Of a DNA stretch of 64,000 nt, positions 25,340 to 40,287 are shown in pieces. The position numbers and the translations under genes were made by a program. The first letter of the stretch is position 1; each line of letters starts with the position of its first letter. Source of the DNA: Dendrobates tinctorius (taxonomy: Eukaryota); contig NW_027361863.1 in the NCBI RefSeq assembly GCF_039654945.1, positions 12,400,001 through 12,464,000 on the forward strand, written 5' to 3'. The notes beneath the pieces were generated by a model. It was not told where the DNA came from and did no database searches. It was given only the letters and a program-made list of their open reading frames with translations.

Positions 25340-26885
25340 TAAGTTATTTATATATATAATTTTGACAAGAAATACTGGACTTTGTTCTCTGTGAGTAAAA
25401 TTCATAAATTTTTAGTTATATGTTAATTTCTCTTTATGTCCGCATTAAACTAAAAATAATGTTTTAAAGCTTTAATTTCTTTACAAACTATTGAGAATAT
25501 TTATTTCTTGTATTTTATTAATATTTAAATTAAAAATTTTAACTGAATAATTATAAATGTCTACTTTGAGAGCTCACTGATTGTTTTTTTTTATATATAT
25601 TAATCATGCCAAACACAAAGAGGTCTGATTGGTCTCCAAGAAAGAGAGCTATGGCTATTGTTTTGAGGATGGAGGGATACAGTTTCAAAGAAATTGCTAG
25701 GAAGATGGGTGGTGGAGTCACTGCTTCTGGAGTGCAAAAGCTGTGTTCACGTTTTGCTGATAGTTGCAGCATCAAAACTAAGAGTGGAAGAGGAAGGAAA
25801 AAGGCAACAACTCCAAAAACAGACAGAAGAATTGTTAGGATAGCCTTGCAAAACAGAAGAGCATCAGCTAAGGAACTCAACCAATTCTTGCACAATGGAG
25901 GAGTTTCGGTGTTGGACAGAACAGTACGTCGCCAATTACTTGATGCCAGTCTGAAAGCACGAACACCATGGAAAAAGCCATTCCTAAATCGTAAACAGAG
26001 AAGTAAGAGAATTTCCTGGGTCAAAGACCATCTTAGCTGGACAACTGAAGATTGGAAGAAAGTAATCTGGGGCAATGAAACGAGGATATCAATTTTTGGT
26101 AGTGACAAAGTGCGTTATGTTCGAAGAAAGCCAAAGGAAGACTGTCTTCCAGAGTGTATGACAGCTACAATGAAACATCTCGAGAGTGTTATGATCTGGG
26201 GCTGTATGTCCTGGCATGGAATTGGGAGAATACAGGTCCTTGTGGGAACTGTAAATACTTCAAAATATATTCATGATGTCCCTGAACCAAAGCTCATCCA
26301 ATCAATTTGTGACCTTGGCATGGAACAGACTGAAATTATTTTTCAACATGATGGAGCACCATGTCACACTGCAAGGCAATGTCTAAAATGGTTTGAAAGC
26401 AAAGAAAGTTCTGTGCTTTCATGGCCAGGAAACAGTCCTGATCTGAACCCTATAGAAAATCTGTGGTCAAGATTAAAGCGATTGGTTTCTAGTGAACGAC
26501 CGAACAACAAACAGGCATTGATTGCAGCTGTTTTCAGTTCCTGGTACCATGTTATAACCACAGAGAACCTGAGAAGTCTTGTTGAGTTAATGCCAAGGAG
26601 GTGCAAAGCTGTTATCTATGCTAAAGGATACCCTACACTCTACTGTAGAAAACATAGGGATAGCATGAAATTAACCTATTAGGATGCTATATTTTGATTC
26701 AGCTATTCTTATAGAAGTAATGAGATATTTTGTATTATGGTAACCTTTTTTCTATGTACAGGTGTTCTAATCTACCTTAGACTACTTGTGACATTATTGT
26801 TATAAATACTTTTGTATGATTCCATGCTAAAAACTTTAAAAAATGACAAAAATTTGTAGTGTATCCACAATTTTGGCCACTAGTG
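25340..26885 (+). mobile_element. Tc1/mariner transposon, family B (Minos-like); left TIR not found
   Basis: Right end GTATCCACAATTTTGGCCACTAGTG (CACTAGTGGCCAAAATTGTGG on minus); AT-rich UTRs around the transposase ORF. Confidence 0.8.
25606..26682 (+). CDS. Tc1-family transposase, 358 aa, open but with the first catalytic Asp changed to Asn
   Basis: GRGRKK AT-hook-like motif; VIWGNE in place of WSDE; FQHDGAPCH; [15 protein letters not shown] with D34E spacing. Confidence 0.85.
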   Translation: MPNTKRSDWSPRKRAMAIVLRMEGYSFKEIARKMGGGVTASGVQKLCSRFADSCSIKTKSGRGRKKATTPKTDRRIVRIALQNRRASAKELNQFLHNGGVSVLDRTVRRQLLDASLKARTPWKKPFLNRKQRSKRISWVKDHLSWTTEDWKKVIWGNETRISIFGSDKVRYVRRKPKEDCLPECMTATMKHLESVMIWGCMSWHGIGRIQVLVGTVNTSKYIHDVPEPKLIQSICDLGMEQTEIIFQHDGAPCHTARQCLKWFESKESSVLSWPGNSPDLNPIENLWSRLKRLVSSERPNNKQALIAAVFSSWYHVITTENLRSLVELMPRRCKAVIYAKGYPTLYCRKHRDSMKLTY

Positions 26886-26896
26886 TGTGTGTGTGT

Positions 26897-26936
<40 letters not shown>

Positions 26937-27389
26937 ATGTGTGTATATATATATATATATATAATTTTTCAAAGCTCTGTTCCTCTTGCTCTATAAACCG
27001 CTCCCCTGAAGCCATACAATACCTGTATTGGCCTGTATAAATGACTGGTGGCGGCAGCTAGTAGTTCCTTTTGTTATTGTGGAGTTTGTCAGTGTGACCA
27101 TACTTCGGTATATACAGTATATATATATATATATAGACACAGTACATGTGTGTGTATATATGTATATATATATATATATGTATATATTCCATACGTTGGA
27201 ATCAGATGTGCATATACTCTACAATCACTGTGAGCTGCCCGCTATCTGGCCTAGTGGGGAAACAGCCACAGCCTCGTCCATCATTTGTCAGTCAATTGCA
27301 TAACTGCCCGGTCGATTGGAGGCAGCGGAGTGTTGGTTTATGACAAATTGGTGACAGCGGTGGGATCTACATGAACTCCTGGCTGTCTC

Positions 27390-28063
27390 TGTCACGTGAT
27401 TACCGTGACAGTGTCCAGCCAGAATACCGCAGCATCTGATTGCTTCTAGTCTGGAGCTGAGAAGACGCACTTTTCCTTCATTTTATTGGTGTTTATTCCT
27501 TCTGGCAGAACAGGGGTTATTTGGCCATGTTGGGAATTCCTGTGTTCACAGCTGAGCTCGGTTAGCCACTCCTTTCCTCTTTATAATCTGGGCTCTATTA
27601 CTAATCCTTGTCAGAGCTAGCATTTGCTGCATGGCTAACAGAGGGAGAAGAGTTCATAAGAGGAGAGTTGGAGGAGTTATCTGTGACTGTTGTGTGGTTT
27701 GTATGCCTGATAATTTCTTTTCCTTCACTACTTTGGTTTATTTCCCCTACCTCCACACCCCGGTGCATTCCTCTGTTATATGTGAGTGAATGTTTTGTAT
27801 GACTGGAGTTTTCTGTTAACCCTTGTTTGTGTTGCCTTGTTTGTCGGTTTGGTGTTCTACAGTGCACAGTAGCGCCCCCTCTTCCTTGGGTGGGGGAGGA
27901 GAACAGAAGGAGGGCTGATTCAGGAGCTAAGGCAAGGGTGGAGGCCCCAGCATCTTCACCTTCAGAAGTATCCTGGGGAGCAGGGTGAGCTAGGGTGCCC
28001 CCTAGTGTTAGGGGCAGGGAAGAAGCCACTGGTAACGGGTCACCCGACAGCTGTGTCGTGACA
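27390..28063 (+). mobile_element. Solo LTR
   Basis: TGTCACG...CGTGACA inverted termini; 5-bp TSD GTCTC/GTTTC (one mismatch). Confidence 0.75.
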
Positions 28064-30044
28064 GTTTCCTTGTCTATTGGTAACAGCCAGGAGATCTGCG
28101 TGATTCCAATGCTGTTGTTCCCTGACAGATTTCCCCAGCAGAACAGAGAGTGCAGCTCTGGAGTAAAATGCAGAATATAATTCAGGATTAGTACACAATT
28201 AGGGATGTATCGTATGTACACATGTAGGGGAGAAGGAAAACAAGGGTAAACATGTGATTAGCATGAGAGCACACTGGAAAATTCTTACATCACCGCAAAA
28301 GTGAAAAAGAACATGTAAAAAAAATCGTTTAATGCACATTTATGACACTTTGTACAATCTTACATAAAGGGCCCTGTATAGAATATTTCATGAGGAGCAT
28401 TAGGACATTAAAACTCGCCGTCCTGAAGTTAACAGGTTTTCATCCAGTAATGATTTCTTGGAGACCTGAGGTCGCTTCACTGTCCGTCATCAGTAACGCT
28501 CCTGACTCCACCGTTATGTGTTCACAGCAATTACTGAATGATCGCCCAGGGATTGGAGCTGAAATTAAGTTACTGACGCCCGCCTGCTCTGGAGCTAAAG
28601 GTTATTAAACAGACCTTGACTGAGCGGAGGAATCACACCCTCCTGGGGCGACGGAGCGCAGAAAATATTTTCTGACGGCGATGCTGACACTAGACACCTT
28701 CATCTTCTCACAATGAACAGTTTGAGATGTTTTTAAATTATTTTTCAGATAGTTTTTGATAATATTGCCAAGAGTCCTGTACCCCCCCCTGAAAAAAAAA
28801 TACGGTAGCCAAGATCACAGAATATAGACGAGAGGGAGTCTGATACTGAAGATAAAAATAGATCCCCGAGTATTTCATCACTATCCAAGACAGAAGGGCT
28901 CGGTGCTTATTTCCCACTTTCTCCTGACTCATAGGCTCCTGTCTTTGCAATCAAGATCCTCAGGGGAGGAGCATCTTGTACAGGTCGTTACCAAAAAGTG
29001 GGACCACCCTAGGACATTGACCCTCTTTCCAAGGTCCCCATAACAGCTGCATGGTCTGCCTTTATGGTCTCCAGTTTTGCAAGGATCTTCGATGATGTAT
29101 TTTAAAAAATGGATCATGTACTGTAACTATAAATGGATGACTAGAAAGTTTGGTGTTTGTAAAAAAAAAAATTGTGACAACTCATTTTAGGAGCTATAGT
29201 AGTGACAGTAATAGTCATCGTTCAGCTTTACCAGCAGCCACCACTAGAGGGAGCAGCACCTATAATTGAGGTAAATGTACAAACTGTATGCAGTATGCTT
29301 ATGGGCTCCCTCTAGTGGTGGTTAAACGCTATTAGAAGTCTATTATCTAACACTACTGTATGGTTTTTTGGAGAAATTTTAGGGGTATTCACTTTAGACT
29401 TGCTTCAAATATAAAATACTGGTGTAAATATATGGATTAATGAGCCCTAGTGTGACATCTGCTTACTACCAGCAAATATCTGACTGCTGCAACTGTCACC
29501 ACTATTATCTATCTAGTCTATGCAACAACACGCAGATTACAGTAGTCCCCAGAGAATACAGAGTTTAAAAAAAGCAGAAATTCTGGAATATTGCAGCTTG
29601 CAGTTGCCGTTTGCTTTGTTGCTGTGGGCTGTTACTACGCAAACAAAATTACAAGGAATATATGAAATATTAGATTCTCAGAGTAGAATCTGACATGAAT
29701 GACATCTGAGTTTGATTCAGCAACGAAGACCCAGCTCTCTATTAACAGCGGCAGCGGTGCGGGGCGGAAGGAGATCCTCCCATGAGCTGTGGGTTAAAGA
29801 GACATTAGATTCTTTAAAAAAAAAGTGCTTTTAGAAGTTCTGCATCTTTGACTTTGATTTTTTTTCACCAAATTAAAGATCTCTGCGTGCTGACGGTGAA
29901 TGAAAACATTAGGATTTATATCTAAGGGCTGCGCAGGTTTACAGCTGCAATCACTCTCACAGTTAAGGTTTCATTACAAGTGTACCAGGATGGGGTCAGG
30001 ATGAGGGACATATACCAGGATGGGATCAGGATGAGGGACATATA

Positions 30045-31680
<1,636 letters not shown>

Positions 31681-33174
31681 TACCAGGATGGGGTCAGGAT
31701 GAGGGACATATACCAGGATGGGGTCAGGATGAGGGACATATACCAGGATGGGATCAGGATGAGGGACATATACCAGGATGGGGTCAGGATGAGGGACATA
31801 TACCAGGATGGGGTCAGGATGAGGGACATATACCAGGATGGGATCAGGATGAGGGACATATACCAGGATGGGATCAGGATGAGGGACATATACCAGGATG
31901 GGGCCAGAAAGAGGGATGTATATACCAGGATGGGGCCAGAATGAGGGACGTATATACCAGGATGGGGTCAGGATGAGGGACATATACCAGGATGGGGCCA
32001 GGATGAGGGACGTATATACCAGGATGGGACCAGGATGAGGGACATATATACCAGGATGGGGTCAGGATGAGGGACATATACCAGGATGGGGCCAGGATGA
32101 GGGACATATATACCAGGATGGGACCAGGATGAGGGACATATACCAGGATGGGGTCAGGATGAGGGACATATACCAGGATGGGGCCAGGATGAGGGACATA
32201 TACCAGGATGGGACCAGGATGAGGGACATATACCAGGATGAGGCCAGGATGAGGGACATATACCAGGATGGGGTCAGGATGAGGGACATATACCAGTTTG
32301 GGGCCAGGATGAGGGACATATACCAGGATGGGGTCAGGATGAGGGACATATACCAGGATGGGGTCAGGATGAGGGTCATATACCAGGATGGGGCCCGGAT
32401 GAGGGATATATACCAGGATGGGGGACGCATGTACCAGGATGGGATCAGGATGGTGGACGTATATATGTATATCAGGGGGGTCCAAATCTTGCATTGGGGC
32501 CCATTAGGCTCTAGTTACACCACTGTGTACTGATACAATGTTGCAGACTATCAGAGCTGGAAAGATCACTGTATCCAGTCTTAATCCACTGTGATTGGAA
32601 TTGTGTGGATCGATTCAGTGGACTCTGCTCCATTGGTCAGTAATCTCTGACTGCGGGACAGGAGACTCACGGATCTCTTCTTTTTCGGTATACCCCTGCA
32701 CAGCTTTTGACTAGCCTGGTTTGGCGCGATGTCTTCATTGTGGCAGGACATACAGATAACATTGCACCTAAAGTTGTGCTGCAGATCCTGCAACATAAGA
32801 GATTATGGAGCATCCCATCCAGCAGCCACACACTACTGACCTGGTCTATGACCGGAGACCCATGCATTGATCCATCCAGCTTGAAGGTTCGGAGCAGACG
32901 ACCGTTTTCTCTCCGATAAATTTGCTCCGATTATGCTAATCTGACTCTGATCAGAGTGGGATTGGATTTTCTCAGAGATGGAAAACAAAGAAGTTTCTTC
33001 ACTTTCTCCATTATGTCAGTCTGTGTCATCCAAGTACGCTCCAATTTTTTCACTAGCCCAAAAAATTCAGTGGGCGAGTGACATCCAATAATAGTGCCCA
33101 GATTCCCTTTAATGGATAGTTGTTTTTTTTTTTTTTTGCATATCTGCCATATATACAAGAAAACTGTCCATTAA

Positions 33175-33597
33175 AGGGAATTTGCCATCAGGTTTTTGCT
33201 ACCTAATCTGTGAGCAGCATAATGTAGGGAAAGAGACCTTGATTCCAGTGATGTATCACTTTGTGTTGCAACTGCTACACCCAGTAAACCCAGAGTTTTT
33301 GTTCTGCTGTAGATGTAGCAGAGCTCAAAAGCTAACCCCTCCCACACCACTGATTGGCAGCTTTCTGTGCGTATTACATATAGACAGCGGGCTGCTTATC
33401 ACTGGTAGGGGGCTTGGTTGGACCAGGAGGCACTTGGGCAGCTAGTCTGGCAGTGATAATCTCCTGCAGATAAAGCACTGATTGTATTGAAATAAAATCA
33501 CACAGCCTAGTAAGTGACACATTGCTGGAATCAGTGTCTCAGCCCCTACATCATGCTGCCCTCAGATTACATAGCAAAAACCTGCTGACAGTTTCCT
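33175..33597. mobile_element. TTAA-flanked MITE (T2/Kolobok-like)
   Basis: TTAA-AGGGAATTTGCCATCAGG ... CTGACAGTTTCCT-TTAA; a related fragment lies at about 36960-37440. Confidence 0.65.
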
Positions 33598-35069
33598 TTA
33601 AAAGCAATAATAATAAACCTATTATGACGATACAAGAAATGCAACAACGTATAGAGACCAGGGACGCCGCACACGACCGCCAGATGTGCATTTCCAGGCC
33701 TTGATAACTGTCCATGAACGGTTATGATTAGCACTTATGAATAAGGTTTTCTGGGTCCTTATAAAGTGATGAATTGTAGCACCAGGAATGTTGCGTTATA
33801 TTATGCACTTGCACATTATTTTGTGCTCTCTAGTAAAATGCAGAGGAATCGTATTTACTTCATTTAATAATTATCCATGAATTGTACCGGTATAAGTAAT
33901 AGCCACTTGGGGTATTCTATCATCTCTCGCTTGTGTATACCTAGATATTACTGATGTCAATCGTGTATTACTTATTTGCATATCGCATGAATGCGTGAGG
34001 AGGGTATATCGACGACAGTTTTTCATGTGATTATTATTACTTTGGGACCGTTGATTGCTGCTGGTTTTCTTCATTGGTGTGATGAGCAATAATCTCCTCA
34101 GCTAATGAGTATTTAAACACTAAAGATACTTTTATTAATCCTATTTGTCTATTTTATTGGTAATACGATTGCACCTAGTGCAGACAATTCTTCATCCGGA
34201 CTACAGAGTAATAGAGTTACCTGGACTGATACATTGACACTAAACGATGATTAGTCAATAAATAGTAATACATGTAAATAACACAGGAAACAGTGTACCC
34301 GGCCAGGAAAGAAATATCAAGCAGGTATGTTATCCATGTTTTTCGTTTAATTATTAGGGCTGGAAGTCAATTTCATCAAGTATAAAGAATCTTGTGTGAA
34401 CTGTCTGCGCCGCAAACGAATACACGTTACCTGCACTGATACATTGTAACAAGCAACTGAGACAGGAAGGAAAACTGTATCTAGAAAATTCTCTGTGGGC
34501 TAAAGACACCAGCTCAGCTGCACAAATCTCCGCCCAACCCCCAAGGTTCATCAAGGCCGGTGATTGTCACGCTGATCTTGATGAAGGAGTGTGCTTATGT
34601 CTGACGCTCCCCATTCATGAAAAGGTGCACGCCACCACCGCAGGCAAATCTGGAGCATCCGACGAGTGTCGCGCGCCTCCGTGCACCGCACCAGAAATAT
34701 TACTCCACTCAGGGACTAGAATAAGATTTCTGGCATAGGGAAGATCATAGCTCATCACCGCCACACCGCACTTATTTTGGAGTAGCTGGGAGAAAGTGGC
34801 TTAAAAACACCAGGAGTCACAACATTTTGTAAATGGTATCATTGATACCCAATCTGTAAAAGGTTGCATAACATGACATTATCTTTCCATAAAAGCAGCT
34901 GCACTCAGAATATAGCGAATCATAGATTCTGGAGTGCGGGAAGAGACTGAGGAGGCTGTGTCTCCACACTGGACAGCTCTTCATCCGTCCTTGTAATGTG
35001 GGGGCTCTATCACTTTTACAGGGAGACATTGGGGTTTACAGAAATCACAGACAGAGCTACAATAGTTCA

Positions 35070-35597
35070 ATATCTCTCACTTTCTTTCTCTTTTTTCCTC
35101 TCCCCTTTCTCCTTTCTCTCTCTTTCCCTGTTTCTATCATTCTTTCACTCTCTCTTTCTGTCTCTGCTTTTCTATTTTTTCTCCCTTGTTCTCGTTTCCT
35201 TTTCTCTCCTTTCTCTTTATGTCTTTCTCTTTGTCTTGCTCATTCTATCATTCTTCTTTCTTTCTCTTTTTCTCTTTTTCCTTTTTCTCTCTCTTACTCC
35301 CTTTTCTCTCTCCCTTTCTCTCTATCTTTTTCTCGCTCTTTCTCTTACTCTTTCTCTCGCTCCCTTTCTCTTTTTCTCTCTCCCTTTCGCCCTGTCTTTC
35401 TTTCTCTCTAACTTTTTCTCTTCTCTCTTTCTCTTACTCTTTTTCTCTCTCGCGCGTTCATTCTTTTTCTCTTACTTTTTCTTTCTTTCTCTCTCTTCTC
35501 TCTCCCTTTCTCTCTTTTCCTCTTTCTTTTTCTCTCGCTTTCATTCCTTCTATCTCCTTCTCTTTCTTTCTCTCTTTCTCTCTCTCTCGCTCTCTCA
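35070..35597 (+). repeat. CT-rich low-complexity tract
   Basis: About 530 bp of almost pure pyrimidines. Confidence 0.95.
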
Positions 35598-36190
35598 TGG
35601 GCTGTCATGTGGACTTTCCTAATTTATTGAGTCACATCAAAAATACAGATTTGATTACAAAAAGACACAAAATTTACTCCAAATGTACAGTATAGATCCC
35701 ATTGGGCAGTCACCCAGCTTTCCCAGGCTCCAGAACGATAAACCTGGTATCTGCTCTGACAGCCGTACTGATGGACGTCACCCAGCTTTTCCAGGACCAG
35801 ATAGGACTGGTCACCCTCAGCCGTGACATGAAGTGTACAAGCACGTCACCTGTATTAATAAGAACGGGGATCATTTTATCCCTTACTATAGGAGTTAATT
35901 AATTAACATTCTCTGCGCCCGGCAATTTTCCAATCGTGCGCCCTTCTCATGTTAGTGTCTACCTGTCTCCATGGAAACACATCAGCGCCATCTTCCGCCA
36001 CCGCCGTACAGTAATGTTTTAAGATGCTGTTATGACAGGATCTTCTCTCTGGGCTCCGTCATCACAGAAAGGCTCCATGTGAGCTATAAAATCATCTGGG
36101 ACAAATTTGAAGGCAGCAGCGCAGCAGAGACGAGTGCGTGCGCCGGCAGGGGGCTGATTATAGCAACTGGCACATTCACTGTGCACAATG

Positions 36191-36328
36191 CATCCCGGCC
36201 GCAGGAGCGACGTCATCCCGGCCGCAGGAGCGACGTCATCCCGGCCGCAGGAGCGACGTCATCCCGGCCGCAGGAGCGACGTCATCCCGGCCGCAGGAGC
36301 GACGTCATCCCGGCCGCAGGAGGGACGT
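36191..36328 (+). repeat. 23-bp CpG-rich tandem repeat (CATCCCGGCCGCAGGAGCGACGT), about 6 copies
   Basis: Near-perfect copies at a 23-bp period. Confidence 0.95.
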
Positions 36329-37224
36329 CGCCTCATGTCTGTCCCGGAACCCCGATCTTGGGAACACTGGGGGTCCCAGTAGTCAGACAACAATCCTGCC
36401 CTAAAGACACAGGATAACTTGTTTTTTAGTGATGATAACCCTTTAAACCCATGCATTTGGTCTACCTGCAGTCCTATGTAAACTCGGATCCAACCCAGCA
36501 CCTATATATTTACATGGCGTACGGATATAGCAGATTTGCTTTTTGGTTTTTAACCATTTATTACAGCATATTTGTGCATTTTGATAAAAGAGAATAGAGT
36601 CTGTGTGCTTGCAGTCCTATGTAAAATGACATATTAGAATGAGACTGTGAATAACATCAGAACTAATAATCAGTAAGTACAGGGAAGCGAAAGTTACTAT
36701 TGCAGATGCAGCAGAGCTGAGTTTGCCATTTATACATCTGTGTTTGCACAGTGATGAAACCGCTGCAGATTACTCCATGAAATATCACAGTGAGAAACAT
36801 TAAGTTCTGCTACTTTTTGGCTGAATTACTAAAGTGGTTAAAACTATTTGGAAAGCTTTTGTTAACGTGAATCTGTCCCTGTGTTTTTGCTGTGGAATTT
36901 GAGCACGTCGTGATGTAGGGGCAGAGAGCCTGATTCCAGCAATGTGGCACATATTGTGTTGCTTTGAGTACTTTTGCTGCAATCACTGTTTTCTCTGTTG
37001 TAGATGTAGCAGAGCTCAGAATGCTGAGCCCTGTATGACCCCATCCACAGCACTGATTGGCCGCTTCCTGTAGACCCTGTACATGGTAAACAAGCTGCCA
37101 ATCAGTGGGTGGGTCGGGGTTACACAGATGGATTTGGGTCCACTTGACACCTAGTCCTGCAGCGATAATCTCCTGCTCATAAAACACTGATTGTATTGAA
37201 ACTATACCAATAAGGACGACATCT

Positions 37225-37392
37225 GACAGGAGTCTGTATGTTCTCCCCGTGTTTGCGTGGGTTTCCTCCGGGTTCTCCGGTTTCCTTCCACACTCCAAAG
37301 ACATACTGATAGGGAATGTAGTCAGAGATGATGATATCTGTAAAGCACTGTGGAATTAATGGCGCTATGTAAGCAAAACTTAATATATAAAT
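37225..37392 (+). mobile_element. SINE fragment (V-SINE/Mermaid-like core with an L2-type tail)
   Basis: GTTCTCCCCGTGTTTGCGTGGGTTTCCTCCGGG..CTCCGGTTTCC..CCACA..CCAAAGACAT core; GTAAAGCACTG..GGCGCTAT plus A-rich tail. Family assignment is from memory. Confidence 0.7.
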
Positions 37393-38368
37393 ATAGCACA
37401 AAGCCCAGTAAGTGACACATCACAGGAATCCAGGTCTCTGCATTATTCTGTATATATTCTTTATTATTTGAAATAAAAATTGTGTTTCCGTTCCTGATTA
37501 TTTTTCTAGATCTCTGCTTGCTGTCAGTGAACATTTCATCCAGAATTTACACCCAGGAGGTGAAAATTTGTATGGACCTAATATCTCTCACAGCCGGGGG
37601 TAACGAAGCCGCACAATACTCTGAGATAACAGACGGACACACGTTACCCGCAGCGGGTGACGGACAAATTCTCATTGCAGATCTGATGATGCCTTATTTC
37701 TGCCCGGTATAAATTGTGGCAAACACTGAAAAATAAAGACAGCGATGAAAGGTTACATTCACGACAGCAAGCGGAGATCCAACAGTGAGCATATAAAGCA
37801 CGACGTCTAATATAAAGCTGCCAAACTTCTTATTATACATAGAAAAGTTTAGTTATATAAGATGGGGGGGGAGACATAATTGGAGTTGGGTACATAGTAA
37901 TCACATGGTCCCTAGAATGTAATGCACTGGATGAGCGGCGCCATCTGCTGGAAGGATGCAATACTTGCATTAAAAAACTAAGATCAGGCATGGGAATCTG
38001 GGTCATTTCCTCTTTTCTAAGCTGTTTTGCAATGTTTGGAGGAATGAGTTGGAATTGTTGAGATTGGAATTAGAATCCCATTTTTATTTCATTTATTTAT
38101 TTTGGGGGGACATGGCAGCGTTTTGTGGGCGCCGTAACAGAGTGAGATTTGGTTGCTATTGTTTTGATCATTAGTATAATTTTTTGAACCACTTGGCTCT
38201 ATTATATGCGCTGCACATGGCACTATGATTTGGCCATATTATTTGGCACTATATGGGGGTTATGTATAGAAAGCTGTATACTGTAAAAAAAAAAAGTATG
38301 TTATAAAAAGCTCCACTGCCGTAAGGGATAAAATGTATACATTTTATATAAAATAATAAAAAAAGAAA

Positions 38369-38401
<33 letters not shown>

Positions 38402-38793
38402 AAAAAAATAACAGAAACACAACAAGTCTCCAAAAAAAGTGCAAAAAAAAAAAAAATTGCAAATGGAACCTCACCGAGGAGGATACTGTGATGCCATTGT
38501 TATTAAGTTATGCAAGGTTTTATAAAGTTACTGAAAATAAATAACTTTGATAATGTTTTTAAAATCAAATTCTTAAAACAAAAATATGTAAATATTGCAA
38601 TGTATACGTAATAACATAGTCTGCATTCCCATAAAAAAATAAAGATTTATAATGTTTGTTGCAATGTTAAAAACAAAAAAAGTTATCCTGCAAATTCTGT
38701 ATATATATTATAACTACTTATGATCAGGATAGTTAATCTTCATATTCAAATGAATCCAATTATTATTATTTCTAATTAATTCTATACTTGTAA

Positions 38794-39739
38794 GGCTAAG
38801 TGCACACGTACCGGAACTCTCGCGGAAATTACCGCGAGAATTCCGGAATTCCAGTCCGCGGGAAAATCGCATTTTAAATTCCCGCGATTTTCCCGCGGAA
38901 AAACTAGCATTTTGCAAGCGTAATCAGCTTGCAAAATGCTAGCGTTCTCCAAGCGATCTGTAGCATCGCTGGGAGAACTGATTGACAGGTTGGTCACACT
39001 CGTCAAACACAGTGTTTGACTAGTGTGACCAACTTTTTACTACTGAGGCCGCCTATGCAGCATCAGTAGTAAAAGATAGAATGTAAAAAAAAAAAATTAA
39101 AAACGGTGTTATTCTTACCCTCCGACGTCCCGCGCATCCGTTCCCAGTAATCCTTTGCGAAAATGCCCGCGATGACGTCAGTTCTCGCGGGATCGCGACG
39201 TCTCGCGGTAATTCGCGATGACGTCGAGCGAATGACCGCGAGACTTCGCGATCCCGCGAGATCGGACGCCATCGCGAGCATTTTCGCAAAGGATTACTGG
39301 GACCGGAGCGTGAAGAGAAGCGGGAAGACTGCGCGGGACGTCGGAGGGTGAGAATAACAATATTTTTTATTTTTAATTCTATTTTTTACAGGGATATGGT
39401 ACCCAAAGCCCAGAGGACAGTCTCCTCTCCTCCGGACCGTGGGTACCATCCGCAAATATTCTGCTTACTTTCCGCATGGTGTGCACAGCCACATGCGGGA
39501 AGTAAGCGGAACAATGCATTCCTATGGGTGCGGGATCGCCGCAATTCCGCAAATTAATGAGCATGCTGCGTTTTTTACCGCAAAGCGATTCCGCAGCGGC
39601 AAAAAACCGCAGCATTAGCATAGCATTGCGGAATCCCATAGGAATGCATGGGATGCTTATTTTTCGCATTTTCGCGGCAAAATCGCACGGTTAAAACCGC
39701 CGCGGAAACGCGAAAAAAACGCCACGTGTGAACCCAGCC
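38794..39739. mobile_element. PIF/Harbinger-like MITE, CpG-rich, internally palindromic
   Basis: TAA TSDs (38791-38793, 39740-39742); TIRs GGCTAAGTGCACACG / CGTGTGAACCCAGCC; central inverted repeat at about 39095-39375. Confidence 0.85.
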
Positions 39740-40287
39740 TAAATGTGGAATTTCGGAGATTGTAATAAAATGTGTGAAGGAAATTGGAAAAATAATTTCA
39801 ATCCTGCATCTCCATCTAGTGGTAAAGACAGATAAGGACGATCAAAAAATGTGTCTGCGGTGTGAACGTGCAGTAGTTTTACCTGCAGTCCTATGGAAAA
39901 AACATATAAAGACATTTTAGCATATCATGGCACTGCTACAATTGGTTCTTAGGAAAAGTTATATGACAACCTTTAAGAAATATTTTTTAAGGAAAATATA
40001 GATGTGTTATACACTAAGACCACTGAGGATTAATGGAGCAGCCTCACTTAGTTTCTTTTTACACCACCGGAGCTCCATGATATCTTTATTATAAAGTGCC
40101 TTACATTGGCTGTGTTATATTAAAGTCCATTATATGCCCATATAAGTTTTGACATTACAAAAAGCGACAAAAAATGCAGCATTAAAAACATGTAAAAAAA
40201 AACACTCAAAAATGCAATAAAAAAACACAAGTAACTTGATTTGCATAATAGGTGCATAAATAGTTAACGTCTTCCTCTGGACATAAC

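Larger units (their letters stand above)
25281..27012. mobile_element. Palindromic MITE split by a Tc1 insertion
   Basis: 25281-25330 is the near-perfect reverse complement of 26963-27012; TA-rich microsatellites at both junctions. Confidence 0.65.

Noticed and set aside
34996-35695. Hydrophobic F/L/S-rich ORFs resembling membrane proteins
   Set aside because: Artefact of the CT-rich tract.
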